A stretch of DNA of 63,958 nucleotides, the filler included, from Octopus bimaculoides (lineage: Eukaryota), in the NCBI RefSeq assembly GCF_001194135.2. It is 6 parts of 6 records of this genome, joined end to end, with 100 filler letters (N's around TTAATTAATTAA, not from the genome) between each part and the next. Parts side by side here need not be neighbours in the genome. Positions count along the whole stretch, not along the records: positions 1 to 18,961 come from NC_068994.1; positions 19,062 to 30,218 come from NC_068999.1; 4 more parts are not named here. The stretch is one strand, 5' to 3'. Numbering within the stretch: position 1 is the first letter of the stretch; every line of letters starts with the position of its first letter. Below the pieces are notes generated by a model that saw nothing but the letters and a program-made list of their open reading frames with translations, searched no databases and was not told the DNA's origin. Positions 11,130-23,145 of this stretch are shown in pieces. The position numbers and the translations under genes are program-made.

Positions 11130-11440
11130 TCATCGTCGTTTAACGTCCACCTTCCATGCTAGCATGGGTTGGATGATTTGACTGAGGACTGGTGAAACCA
11201 GATGGCTACACCAGGCGCCAATCTGATTTGGCAGAGTTTCTACAGGTGGATGCCCTTCCTAACGCCAACCACTCAGAGAGTGTAGTGGGTGCTTTTTACG
11301 TGCCACCGGCACGAAGGCCAGTCAGGCGGTACTGGCAACGGCCACGCTCAAAATGGTGTATTTTATGTGCCACCCGCACAAGAGCCAGTCCAGGGGCACT
11401 GGCAACGATCTCGCTCGAAAGTCCTTACACATGCCGCGAT
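11130..11440 (-). mobile_element. SINE family C
   Basis: Longest family C copy; near-identical to 17300-17570. Confidence 0.85.
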
Positions 11441-11860
11441 ATATATATATATATATATATATCTATATACACACAATATACACAGACACACACGCACAAA
11501 AAATATACACACACGCGCACACAAAATATACACACACGCACACGAACACACACATACAGACACACATAAACACACACGCGCATACACACACATGCACCTG
11601 TACCTAACACTCACAACCCCACACACATCACAATCCCATACACACACGCACATCCACACATACACACACACACACACATACACATACACACGCACACACA
11701 CGTACACAGCAACGCACATATACACAACATACACATACACACAAACACACACGCACGCACAAAAACATACACATACACACACGTGCATGTACAAAATACA
11801 CACACACGCACACGTACCCAACACCTACAACCCCACACAAACACACACATACTCAAAAAC
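11440..11860. repeat. (AT)n followed by degenerate (CA)n microsatellite
   Basis: Low-complexity CA/TA repeats; source of the spurious HT/CV ORFs. Confidence 0.95.
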
Positions 11861-12356
11861 TGCCTGCTGACCCTCCACTAACCATTGTCCATCAGCACCC
11901 ACTAACTATTCCTGCTACTAATTCCTTCCACTACNNNNNNNNNNNNNNNNNNNNNNNNNNNNNNNNNNNNNNNNNNNNNNNNNNNNNNNNNNNNNNNNNN
12001 NNNNNNNNNNNNNNNNNNNNNNNNNNNNNNNNNNNNNNNNNNNNNNNNNNNNNNNNNNNNNNNNNNNNNNNNNNNNNNNNNNNNNNNNNNNNNNNNNNNN
12101 NNNNNNNNNNNNNNNNNNNNNNNNNNNNNNNNNNNNNNNNNNNNNNNNNNNNNNNNNNNNNNNNNNNNNNNNNNNNNNNNNNNNNNNNNNNNNNNNNNNN
12201 NNNNNNNNNNNNNNNNNNNNNNNNNNNNNNNNNNNNNNNNNNNNNNNNNNNNNNNNNNNNNNNNNNNNNNNNNNNNNNNNNNNNNNNNNNNNNNNNNNNN
12301 NNNNNNNNNNNNNNNNNNNNNNNNNNNNNNNNNNNNNNNNNNNNNNNNNNNNNNNN

Positions 12357-12389
<33 letters not shown>

Positions 12390-12429
12390 GTGCCTACACC
12401 TAAGTATCTTTGATATTTTGTGAAAGAAA

Positions 12430-12640
12430 GGCAGCAAGCTGGCAGAATTATCAGTTTGCGGGACAAAATGCCTAGTGGTATTTCATAAGTCTTTTATGTT
12501 CTGTGTTCAAATGCTGCCGAGGTCAACTTTGGCTTTCATCCTTTCAAGGTCGATAAAATAAGTACCAGTTGGAGCACTAGGGTTGAGCTAATCAACTTAG
12601 CCCCCGCCCCTGAAATTGCTGGCCTTATATATTAAAGTTG
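12430..12640 (+). mobile_element. SINE family D, decayed
   Basis: GGCAGCAAGCTGGCAGAA...AAATGC(C/T)TAG(T/C)GGTATTTC...GAGGTCAACTTTG..TTTCATCCTTTC. Copies at about 8108, 14025 and 50830, and reversed at about 23615 and 38070. Confidence 0.75.
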
Positions 12641-12949
12641 CAAACCAATATTTTGCAAAGGAACTTGTTGAGAATATTCATAGAGCCTGAATTATTTTCC
12701 ACAAAAATCAGCAAGGAAACAATAAGTTACTTAAATTCATCGTCATCATCATCGTCATTTAACGTCTGCTTTTCATGCTAGCATGGGTTGGACGATTTGA
12801 CTGAGGACTGGTGAAACCAGATGGCTACACCAGGCTCCAATCTGATTTGGCAGAGTTTCTACAGCTGGATGCCGTACACCAAAATTTTATAACAATTGTA
12901 AAACGATTTTTGATTGGTCAATGTAATAAATCTGCAAACAATAACATAC

Positions 12950-13018
12950 CAGGCTTCACTAAAACGATCAGCTTTCATAACAATTACCATCATATTTCCA
13001 AGGAGTTCGCCTGTTAAT
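12950..13018 (-). CDS. PTCD3: PTCD3 exon ((L)LTGELLGNMMVIVMKADRFSEA(W))
   Basis: Strong pyrimidine tract plus TAG, GTATGT donor, 69 nt, phase 2 to 2. Aligns with human [23 protein letters not shown]. Confidence 0.85.
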
Positions 13019-13249
13019 CTAGAATAAAGAAAAAAAAAAGACAAAAACATTAACTCTTTAGCATTAAACCAGTCACATTTAATCAAAATATTCTACCCGT
13101 TTTATGCTTAAACTGGCCAGATCTGGCTTTCCACACTTACCATACAAAATCTGTCTAAAAAGATAAACAATCCCTTCATTGAAATCTCAAGGCTACATGA
13201 TAATGCAGGATAAAATCAAAACAACTTGATAAACTTGTCAGGATGAATT

Positions 13250-13360
13250 CAAAGTGTCTTGAAAGAGAGAGTGGGTTCAAGAGGCATCAGACGTAGTGTA
13301 CAAGAGAGAAGACTGTACTGGTATGGTCATGTGATGCATATGAACAAGGACTGCTGTGTA
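13250..13360 (+). mobile_element. RTE LINE C-terminal relic
   Basis: Reads RGIRRSVQERRLYWYGHVMHMNKDCCV, matching the RTE 'RRLRWYGHVMRM' motif. Confidence 0.7.
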
Positions 13361-13432
13361 GGGAAAAGAGGTCAGTAGGAGTCACGTTTTCAAGTCTCGC
13401 GAAGTACGTCGTGTGAACACACTGATTTTACC

Positions 13433-13815
13433 GCTGCTTCTCAACCACATGGTTCTGGGTTCAGTCCCACTGCGTGGCACCTTGGGCAAGTGTCTTCTAC
13501 TATAGCCTCGGGCCAACCAAAGTCCTGTGAGTGGATTTGGTAGACAGAAACTGGAAGAAGCCCATCGTGTATGTGTGTATGTGTGTGTGTACATGTGTCT
13601 TTGTATCTGTGTGTCCCTGACAACTAGTGTTGGTATGTTTAAGTCCCTGTAACTTAGCAGTTCAGAAAAAGAAACTGACATAATAAGTACCAGGCTTGGG
13701 AAAAAAAAAAAAACAACACAAGGAATGGGATCAATTCATTTGACTAAAATTCTTCAAAGTGGTGCTCCAGCATTGTCGCAGTCTAATGCCTGAAACAAAT
13801 GAAAGATAAACGAAA
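13433..13815 (+). mobile_element. SINE family A, 5'-truncated
   Basis: Matches the family A body and tail. Confidence 0.8.
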
Positions 13816-13835
13816 ATAGCAGAATAACAACTTAC

Positions 13836-13921
13836 AAAATAAATTCTTTTATGTTTGCATCGTTTTCTTCTGTCCATCTCTCAATAATTTTCACTGCAAC
13901 CTCAGCAAACTGTGAGAGGAG
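13836..13921 (-). CDS. PTCD3: PTCD3 exon (LLSQFAEVAVKIIERWTEENDANIKEFI)
   Basis: TCTTTCAG acceptor, GTAAGT donor, 86 nt, phase 0 to 2. Aligns with human LQVAFADCAADIKSAYESQ. Confidence 0.85.
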
Positions 13922-14512
13922 CTGAAAGACAAGAGAACCAATGAAATTGGCAGTTTACTAGTGTTGTGTAAGCTAGACAGGGACAGTAGAAACTAAACAA
14001 GCTGTTCAATATAGGATGCTGTTCAAGGCAGCGAGCTAGCAGAATTGTTAGCATGCTTAGTGGCTTTTCATCCATCTTTACATTCTGAGTTCAAATGCCG
14101 CTGAGATTGATTTTGCCTTTCATCCTTTAGTGGTCAATATAAATACGTACCAGTTGAGTACTGGGGTTGATGTAATAGACTTCTCCCCTATCCCTGAAAC
14201 TGCTGGCCCTGGGCCAAAATTTGAAGCCAACATAGGATGCTGTTCTTCAAACATACAAAGTCACTGGACTATTTATTCACTAAGTCTATTTTTATTGTGG
14301 TGGAGAACTATGATGCAGTTGTGGTTAGCTGGCATCCCAACACACATCATTACAGGGCTATATGTGTGCGTGCATGCAGATATAAAAGGCTAGCTCTTCA
14401 GATCTACAGAAAATTTATGGTTACATAGATTTTTCAACGTCAGTAAACACATCCCCAAAAAATCATCTTACAAGATGGGCTTATTTTTTGTGTGTGTATA
14501 CTGGAGTTGAGT

Positions 14513-14891
14513 GGAGGCGCAATGGCCCAGTAGTTAGGGCAGCGGACTCGCGGTCATAGGATCGCGGTTTCGATTCCCAGACCGGGTGTTGTGAGTGTTT
14601 ATTGAGCGAAAACACCTAAAGCTTCACGAGGCTCTGGCAGGGGATGGTGGCGAACCCTGCTGTACCCTTTCATCACAACTTTCTCTCACTCTTACTTCCT
14701 GTTTCTGTTGTGCCTGTAATTCAAAGGGTCAGCCATGTCACACTGTGTCACGCTGAATATCCCCGAGAATTACGTTAAGGGTACACGTGTCTGTGGAGTG
14801 CTCAGCCACTTGCACGTTAATTTCACGAGCAGGCTGTTCTGTTGATCGGATCAACTGGAACCCTCGACGTCATAATCAACGGAGTGCCAAC
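14513..14891 (+). mobile_element. SINE family B, full length
   Basis: Near-identical to 4330-4713 and to 60112-60496 (reverse strand). Confidence 0.9.
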
Positions 14892-15029
14892 ATGTGTGTG
14901 CGTGCAGATATAAGAGGTTAGCTCTTCAGATCTACAGAAAATTACATTGATTTTTCAACGCCAATATGCACATCGCAAAAAGATTATCTTACAAGATGGT
15001 TTTTTGTGTGTGTGTGTATTGGAGTTGAA

Positions 15030-15145
15030 GAAAACGTACTGTAGCATAAGCAGTACAGCTGCTTGGTACACCACCAACTTGGTGACCAGTCTAAAGCCTC
15101 TCCTCTCCCACACTGATTCAAGTAGCTGCCAGTTAGTGCAATATA
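15030..15145 (-). mobile_element. RTE-BovB-like LINE relic
   Basis: ESVWERRGFRLVTKLVVYQAAVLLMLQY resembles the RTE motif VWERRGIRLDTKLKVYRAVVLPTLLY. Confidence 0.7.
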
Positions 15146-15201
15146 TTATTTCCATAAAACATTTTGTTAAGTGGGGGACAAGAAAATAAGACATTACTTA
15201 C

Positions 15202-15281
15202 CTCAGGCCGGTTCTCTTCAGCCATTAACTTAAATATTGTTCCAGTTTCTTCTCCTCGTGTGAACTGGAACATAACCAGGT
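15202..15281 (-). CDS. PTCD3: PTCD3 exon ((D)LVMFQFTRGEETGTIFKLMAEENRPE)
   Basis: TTTTAG acceptor, GTAAGT donor, 80 nt, phase 1 to 0. Aligns with human ...EEILMLMARDKHPPE. Confidence 0.85.
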
Positions 15282-15313
15282 CTAAAACAGAAGCAAAATG
15301 AAATATATATATA

Positions 15314-15440
15314 CAGGGTGTCCACAAAGTCTGGGTACATGGAGTAAATAAAATCATAACATAAACAATTAAATATAAGAAATAATAATTTCTTAAAGTA
15401 TGTGCTAATCCCCATGTACCCAGACTTTGTGGACACCCTG
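15314..15440. mobile_element. Tc1/mariner-type MITE, 127 bp
   Basis: Perfect 29-bp TIRs CAGGGTGTCCACAAAGTCTGGGTACATGG, flanked by TA. Confidence 0.9.
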
Positions 15441-15994
15441 TATATATCAAAAAAGCACCCAGCACACTCTGTAAAGTGGTATGCATTAGGAAGAGCATCC
15501 AAGCCATAGAAACCGTGCCAAACCAGACAAGAGTCTGGTGCAGCTCCCTAGCTTGCCAGCTCTGATCAAACTGTCCAACCCATGCCAACATGGACAACGG
15601 ACGTTAAACAATGATGATCATGAAGGTGTATGAATGTGTGTGTCTGTGTGTACATGTATAAATACCTCTATATACACACACATATATAAATATACATATA
15701 CATAAATACATCTACATATACATACACATATATAAATATACATATATATACACACATACATACGCACACACATATATACAAATACATACATCACACACAC
15801 ACATTTATATAAACATATATATATATATGCATGCGGTTTGGTATTTCGCTGAATTTCATTTGAGAACTATTAGGTCTTAGTAGACACATTACATGATTTT
15901 TAACATTAAGTTGTAATTAGCAGAACCATATATGAGTTCGCCTCTAAGGGTGAACAACTTGTATAAGATTCTGAGAATTATGATTTCCTTACAG

Positions 15995-16058
15995 TTCGTG
16001 CTGAAGAGAGACAGATATTTTTGGTAAGAGAATATCAATTTCGAAACCGGTCCACGAA
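15995..16058 (+). ncRNA. Minimal type I hammerhead ribozyme with intact core
   Basis: Stem I TTCGTG/CACGAA; CTGAAGA; stem II GAGA/TTTC extended by GATATT/AATATC; GAAA; palindromic ACCGGT stem III; GUC cleavage triplet (after C16052). Confidence 0.85.
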
Positions 16059-16455
16059 TAATAATGTTTTATTTATGTAATTTTCCCTGTCTTGCCCGCA
16101 TACGGTTTGGTATTTCGCTGAATTTCATTTGAGAACTATTAAGTCTTAGTAGATACATTACATGTGATCTTCTTCTAGCACATTAACTGTCCACTCAGTG
16201 TGCAATTTCTCATTCATATTTTTATATATATAGATAAACATACGCAAACACAGCTGATGAAAGTACCCAAGCAATCTTAATATAAATAACCTACAGAGAA
16301 AGAAAACTGACGAAGGTATGGGATGGAGAGGGGGAATGTCAACTTCAGGAGGGTGGTGAATTTCACAAAGGAGTCGACAAAGGACCAGAACAATGACAAT
16401 GACAACGGTGATGACACTCAGACCAGTGGAAAGACATGTGAGGGCTCGTACTTAC

Positions 16456-16546
16456 CAGACCATATTCGAGGAAGATGTTCTTGGCCATCATGAAGTTTAA
16501 TTGCGTTCAAGAGATCAGACAGTGCCAAAGTGTTTGGTGTCCACAT
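16456..16546 (-). CDS. PTCD3: PTCD3 exon (MWTPNTLALSDLLNAIKLHDGQEHLPRIWS)
   Basis: TGTAG acceptor, GTAAGT donor, 91 nt, phase 0 to 1. Aligns with human [30 protein letters not shown]. Confidence 0.88.
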
Positions 16547-16757
16547 CTACAGCAAAGAAAACATATATGCATTATATAAATTAATATTTCATGTTCATTT
16601 GTATTTATCAATTTATGTTCGAAAGGTGCCAGTTACATGACATCAACATTAACCAACAGAAACAAAACACCACCATAACCACCACTAGTGTCACTACAAC
16701 CCAATCTGTAAATCCGAGTTACAGATAGTTTAAAATAACCAAATAAAGATAAAGAAA

Positions 16758-17159
16758 GGCGCAGGAGTGGCTGTGTGGTAAGTAGCTTGCTTAGCAACCA
16801 CATGGTTCCAGGTTCAGTCCCACTGCGTGGCACCTTGGGCAAGTGTCTTCTACTATAGCCTCGGGTCGACCAAAGCCTTGTGAGTGGATTTGGTAGACGG
16901 AAACTGAAAGAAGCCCGTCGTATATATGTATGTATATGTGTGTGTGTTTCTGTGTCTGTGTTTGTCCCTCCAATATTGCTTGACAATCGATGCTGGTGTG
17001 TTTATGTCCCTGTAACTTAGTGGTTCAGCAAAAAGTGACCGATAGAATTAGTACTAGGCTTACAAAGAATAAGTCCTGGGGTCGATTTGCTCGACTGAAG
17101 GCGGTGCTCCAGCATGGCCGCAGTCAAATGACTGAAACAAATAAAAGAGTAAAAAGAGT
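16758..17159 (+). mobile_element. SINE family A, full length
   Basis: Complete copy ending about 20 bp from a PTCD3 donor site. Confidence 0.9.
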
Positions 17160-17181
17160 ATAGGTGGAGTGGCTTACTTAC

Positions 17182-17260
17182 GTTTGGGGTGAACAAGTCA
17201 TAGTAGTACATGATTTTCTCCAGAGTCTCAAATTGACAAATTAGGCGGAAAAAGAACGAA
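17182..17260 (-). CDS. PTCD3: PTCD3 exon ((Y)SFFFRLICQFETLEKIMYYYDLFTPN)
   Basis: TTTCAG acceptor, GTAAGT donor, 79 nt, phase 2 to 0. Aligns with human [27 protein letters not shown]. Confidence 0.9.
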
Positions 17261-17984
17261 CTGAAATGAATTAAAAAATATATAAATGTGTATGTGTATA
17301 CATCATCATCGTTTAACGTCCGCTTTCCATGCTAGCATGGGTTGGACGATTTGACTGAGGACTGGTGAAACCGGATGGCAACACCAGGCTCCGATCTGAT
17401 TTGGCAGAGTTTCTACAGCTGGATGCCCTTCCTAATGCCAACCACTCAGAGAGTGTAGTGGGTGCTTTTACGTGTCACCCGCACGAAGGCCAGTCAGGCA
17501 GTACTGGCAACGGCCACGCTCAAAATGGTGCATTTTATGTGCCACCCGCACAAGAGCCAGTCCAGGGGGTATGTAGTGTATATCCGTGTACATGTACATA
17601 TGTGCATGTGTGGTAGTGGTGGTGGTGATGGTGAGGTGGCTTGACTTGCAAGCTGCCTGGTGACCTCAATAGTGCTAGTGGTATGAAAAAATGCACGCAG
17701 TACACACTGTAAAGGGGTTGGCTTGAAGAAGGGCATCTAGCCATAGAAACCATGCCAAAGCAGACACTGGAGCACAATGCAGTCCGTCGACTCATCAAAT
17801 CCTTGCCAAACCATGCAAGCATGGAATGAGGCCATTAAATGGTGATGATGATGATAGCAACCATATAATATAAAGAAGTTAGTGATTTAATGAATGTACG
17901 TATGTGTGAGAGGAGGAGGAGGAGTTTTTTTTTGGTTAATTGAAATCAATGATTGTATGGTTGTATATTAAATTTACTACTCAC

Positions 17985-18094
17985 TAATAGATTCCTTCCT
18001 TGAAGGCATCACCAAGGAATTTGTAGTTAGAACCACTGTGAAGGAATTCATCGATTTTGTAGGCCAATTGCAAGTCTTTAATTTGGATAAAGCA
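17985..18094 (-). CDS. PTCD3: PTCD3 (mitochondrial ribosomal PPR protein mS39) exon (CFIQIKDLQLAYKIDEFLHSGSNYKFLGDAFKEGIY)
   Basis: CTGCAG acceptor, GTGAGT donor, 110 nt, phase 0 to 2. Aligns with human [27 protein letters not shown]...NFYY. This is the most 5' exon present; earlier exons were not found in the window. Confidence 0.9.
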
Positions 18095-18121
18095 CTGCAG
18101 AAAAACATGGGTATACAAGTA

Positions 18122-18166
<45 letters not shown>

Positions 18167-18254
18167 GACCAAATACAAAAACAAAGTACACATATACAGG
18201 TGTGTGTGTGTGTGTGTGTGCACGCATATATACATGCAGATATATATATACATA

Positions 18255-18294
<40 letters not shown>

Positions 18295-18396
18295 CATGTG
18301 CATACACACATATATACATCTCTGTCTCACTATATACTCACACGCACACTCCTATACATGCACACACACACACTTCTATACATATATATACACACA

Positions 18397-18427
<31 letters not shown>

Positions 18428-18961
18428 ACAGGATGCAGTGAATATATTCTCGTCTAAATTACGAAAAAATGAACTGGTATTAGTAACATTACCAAGTAAC
18501 TTGCAAGACAAAACCTGGTCGCCTTGATCTTTGATTCAAGAATTTTCATCCAGCCAAGAAAGGACATTAAATAATCATCATCATCATCATTTAACGTTCG
18601 TTTTCCATGCTGGCATGGGTCGGATAGTTTGACTGAAAACTATTAAGCCAGGGAGCTGCACCAGGTTCCGATCTGATTTGACAAGGTTTCTACAGCTGGA
18701 TGCCCTTTCTAACGCCAACCACTCCGAGAATGTAGTGGGTGATTTTTACATGCCACCAACACAGGTGCCACTGACCTAACACTGGAATCAGCCATGACTA
18801 CAGTCTTAAAGCATGATATATCACTAAAGGTCTTGGTCACCTGTCGCTGCCTCCATGTAGCTCAACGCTCAAATGGTGCTTTTTATGTGCAACCTGATGA
18901 CATATATATATATATATATATCATTGTCATCACCATCAGTTAGTATCCGTTTTCCGTGCTG

Positions 18962-19061
18962 NNNNNNNNNNNNNNNNNNNNNNNNNNNNNNNNNNNNNNN
19001 NNNNNTTAATTAATTAANNNNNNNNNNNNNNNNNNNNNNNNNNNNNNNNNNNNNNNNNNNN
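18962..19061. other. Artificial 100-bp assembly spacer (N44-TTAATTAATTAA-N44)
   Basis: Identical spacers at 30219-30318, 38495-38594, 45919-46018 and about 56905-57004. The 12-mer has stop codons in all six frames. Confidence 0.95.
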
Positions 19062-19062
19062 G

Positions 19063-19350
19063 GATTAAGATGGTTTTCCCTTTTGTGAGCCATTCAGGCA
19101 TTGTTTCTGGATCTGCTATTATGTTGTTAAAGTTTTCTGCCAGCTTTTTATGCATTGCTGGCAGGTGTTTTAACCAGAAATTGGGGATCTTGTCGTGTCC
19201 AGGTGCTTTCCAGTTGCTTAGTCTTTGCAGTGTCTGGGTGACCTCTTCAGTTGTTATAGGGGCCCAGAGTTGCTCAGGTGCTAAGTTCGTTGTTTTAATG
19301 GTCCTTTTTGGGGTTGTTGCTTCACCGACCATATTTGTTTCCAGAATTTC
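19063..19350 (-). mobile_element. R4/Dong-like non-LTR reverse transcriptase N-terminal fragment
   Basis: PITTEEVTQTLQRLSNWKAPGHDKIPNFWLKHL...PEWLTKGKTILI, the NWKAPGxD / WLTxGxTxL RT motifs; cut by the spacer. Confidence 0.85.
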
Positions 19351-20350
19351 TCTAGTTATTATTATTATTATTATTATTATGTAAGGTGACAGAATTGTTT
19401 GCAACTGGGAAAATGCTTAGCGGTATTTCGTCAGTCTTTATGTTCTGAGTTCAAATTCCACCTATTAATATTTAAATAACTATATATGGTTATGAATACG
19501 CCAAGGCCGAACGCGTTACACTGTCACATAGGTAACTGAAGGGAGATTTAACGACGTGGTTACGTGTGAAAGTGATAGTTATTACGCTAAGATGCTGTCA
19601 AGTTGTTATTTCAAGAAACAAAGAGAGAGATAGAGAGAGAGGGGGCACGTGCGTGCGTGTGTGCGTGCATGTGTGTACGTATGTGTGTGTGCATATGTGC
19701 ATGTGTGTGTAAGCGTGTGTGTGCTACCGCTGAGAAGCAATAGAGAATGAGTCGGTAGTATGTTGTGTGTTTAGTTAATTGAACAAAATAAGTAGAAAAA
19801 CATATAAACTATTTAGGTGCAAGGGCATGTAGCAGAGTTGGAACGAGAAGGAAAGAAAAAGAGTCCGAGAAAGTGTTAACTTGAAAGGAATGCAGAAGTG
19901 GAAACCAGTTACGCTTTTAAACGTAGTATAGCAGAATATTGTAACAGACAATAAAAACAAAAGTTTTCTTTTATTACAGGATTTAAGATTCATCCGTTTG
20001 TATATCTTCAGTCGGTTGACATAACATCTATGAAGATAGATAAATAACATACTTTGACGGATAGAAGATACAATGGTTGATGGCTAGATATACCGAAACA
20101 TAATTAAGCCAAAGTGAATTCGCTTCAGCCAATTGTTGTGAATGGTAATTTTAACTTTTTATGTGCAGCAGTTTAAAGGCTGATGGCATGCTGGAGCGCT
20201 ACAATTATTTAGGTTTTGCTTCTGTTGTTTTATTTATATATTTTTTGATAGTTATTTTAAAGGACTGGATTGTTAGAATAGACGGAGACAAACATCGACA
20301 GAAATGTTAGTAGAATACGATAGACAAATATATAGATAAACACACATATG

Positions 20351-20403
<53 letters not shown>

Positions 20404-20890
20404 GTAGATAGATAGATTGACTAATTGATATGTAGGGAGGTACATGAATTCTTTTTCAGCTTTAAAGCTGCGGCTAAATTGTTTTGAGTGTTCGTTGATT
20501 GTGGTGGTGGCAGTGTTGGAGGCAGTGTTTATAGTAGCAAACGTATTTGCTTCTTTGTGTTTTCTAAAGCCTGTGTGCATTCAAGCTGAACGACTTTGTT
20601 TTCAGCTTCCCATGCCCCTGGCTTTGGTAAAGGCGGTAAGCCGATACTTTCTAGGTTTGGCTTAACCATTTTCGGTTAGAATACTGCAAGGAAACCGAAG
20701 AAAGTTTTTAAAACTTTTGGAAATTTATCCCATGTGGGGTATTTTCTATTACACGATTTACTGGGGATGAAGCAGATGGTATTAGACATCATCTCCTTCA
20801 CAAAGAATATTCCAGAAATAAACAGTTTTTTTTCTGCAGAAAAGAACCAACTTACTTGGAGCCCATTTATCTACAGTCCATTCACGTCAG

Positions 20891-20969
<79 letters not shown>

Positions 20970-20996
20970 CAGAGAGAGAGANNNNNNNNNNGGGGG

Positions 20997-21060
<64 letters not shown>

Positions 21061-21354
21061 TAGACAGTCAGACAGACTGAGTGATTGAGTGACTGACTGA
21101 CTGACTGATTGACTGATTGCTTCATTCATTAATAGATTGCCTCTTCAATTCTGCTTAAGGTTTCTATTTAAATTTCAGGAATGAAGTATTTCAGAAAAAT
21201 ATACAATTTCAGCATACAATTTTTTAAAATAACCGTGGAATGTCCATAGGTATTCCTATTTAATCATTATTATCACAGTTTTTGTTGGAAATTCTGGAGT
21301 GTTGCATGCGTAGCGGGCTTACTACCTGCAGCCTACGGTACCATGCTATCCGCT

Positions 21355-21470
21355 CTTTTCAACTATTTAATACTTTCCTGATAATTCTGGCCGTGCCAAG
21401 GAGGGAAAACTTTTGTAACGGTTCTACTGGGCACACTTACAATTTCTTTTATATTCCTTTTCATGCCTTC
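21355..21470 (-). mobile_element. R4/Dong-like LINE C-terminal relic
   Basis: EPLQKFSLLGTARIIRKVLNS* matches the LQK..LLGTARIIRKVL terminus. Confidence 0.65.
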
Positions 21471-21764
21471 TTATACTGTTCCCAAGGACACAACAATAAT
21501 TAGTATTATCTTCACCGCCTTCCTTTTCCATAGACGGACTAATTTGTACATAATTTATTTATCTACTTTTTCGCTTTATTTCATGAATATTCGTGGGTCA
21601 AACGGGCTTGCAATATCAACTATATAGTATATGTGATGCACCTTGTCCCCCACCACTAATTCCGGTCTATTATGCTCTAGAAGCTGATCTGTCTGGAACC
21701 AATAAAATATCTGTTACAATCACCTCGTGCTCTTCGTCCTGTCTAATAATAAAATTATTTCTTG

Positions 21765-21925
21765 AACAAGAGGAAGGCTTCTTCAGCAATTGGATTCAAG
21801 CACTACAACACCGATGGGAGAAGTGTGTGAACAACAAGAGAGACTATGTCGACGAAGAAACCTCATTTAATCACATTCCATGAGAGTATCTTAGAGGTCT
21901 GTAAACTTTTCAGCCGACCATCGTA
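21765..21925 (+). mobile_element. Mariner transposase 3' end with TIR
   Basis: FFSNWIQALQHRWEKCVNNKRDYV resembles the mariner C-terminus (RWxKCVxxxGDYVEK). Ends in AACTTTTCAGCCGACCATCGTA. Confidence 0.75.
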
Positions 21926-21981
21926 CATCCTTAAAATTATACATACATAAACAAACAGAGACACAGACACACACACACACA

Positions 21982-22013
<32 letters not shown>

Positions 22014-23114
22014 TACACACACACACAGTAATATATCGGGAATTCGGTCTTGTGGCGTTAGGTTCTTCGGTTAACTTCACCTGTAAGAACTTCAACTGTA
22101 GATGACTGAATCAGGAAGCTAGATAAAAAAAATAAGCATGGGAAATTTAGAAGATATTTAGCCAATCGTGCCAAAGTAAGATTATCGAGTATGAATAGAC
22201 GCTTATATGAACAACGAAATAAACGGAGTGGCACAACACACAAATACACACATCAAGTACTGAATATTGGACAATTGATGTACAATTTAAAAACGTAGAA
22301 ATGCATAAATACTTATAAATGGATAACGTTATGCTAAAACGATGGTCAAAAAATCCCAACAAACCCTGAACTGAACAGGAGTTAAATAGATACTAGACAT
22401 ACTGTAACCTTACTGTAAAGCAGCGAGCTAAATCATGAAGTTGAGATGGTTGAAAGTGTCACTTGACCGCATTTGTTTCACGAGAAATAACAAAGTGTAT
22501 ATTATGAAGGAGAATATATTAAATAAGAACGAAAGATGTGATGGCTGGAATAAATAATTAAACGTCAGGTCTCTGAGCGCCCAGCTTTTTTCAAAAGGAA
22601 TTACATCAGGTTTTCATGCACTTGAATTTCTAGCAGCAATATTAAATATTAAATACAAACTGAAATCATGCTGTATAAAAAAAAAATTATGCTAGAACTG
22701 ATTATAGATGATCAAAAGGTGGTCAAACAAATGGATATATCAATTTGCACAGACAGGGAGATAAGTTAAGAAAACAGCAGCCCACACATTCCACGACGTG
22801 TTACTAATGGAATCTGAAAAATTCCTACAGCTAAGTCTTGGGAACTAGAGACAAAAAACGTGTGAATTTTCGAAGCAGAATCAATTGTAATAATAATGAA
22901 TATAAAAATTACGTACTCGACCGAAAGAAAATTCTAACTGGTCATCACATGCAGTATCATGCGATATTTATCTTCATATGCTATCACCACGTCGAGCACA
23001 TGTGGATGTGATGCATGTCCCTGATGCACTCTTATCAGACGGGTAATCATGGGTATATTAAGCTGCATATTCACTTCAGTATCACATTAATGACATGCGT
23101 TACTCTCTCACTCA

Positions 23115-23145
<31 letters not shown>

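Noticed and set aside
20606-20635. Possible + strand exon or start (MPLALVKA or SHAPGFGKG) before GTAAGC
   Set aside because: Splice-like signals are present, but no partner exons or homology were recognised.
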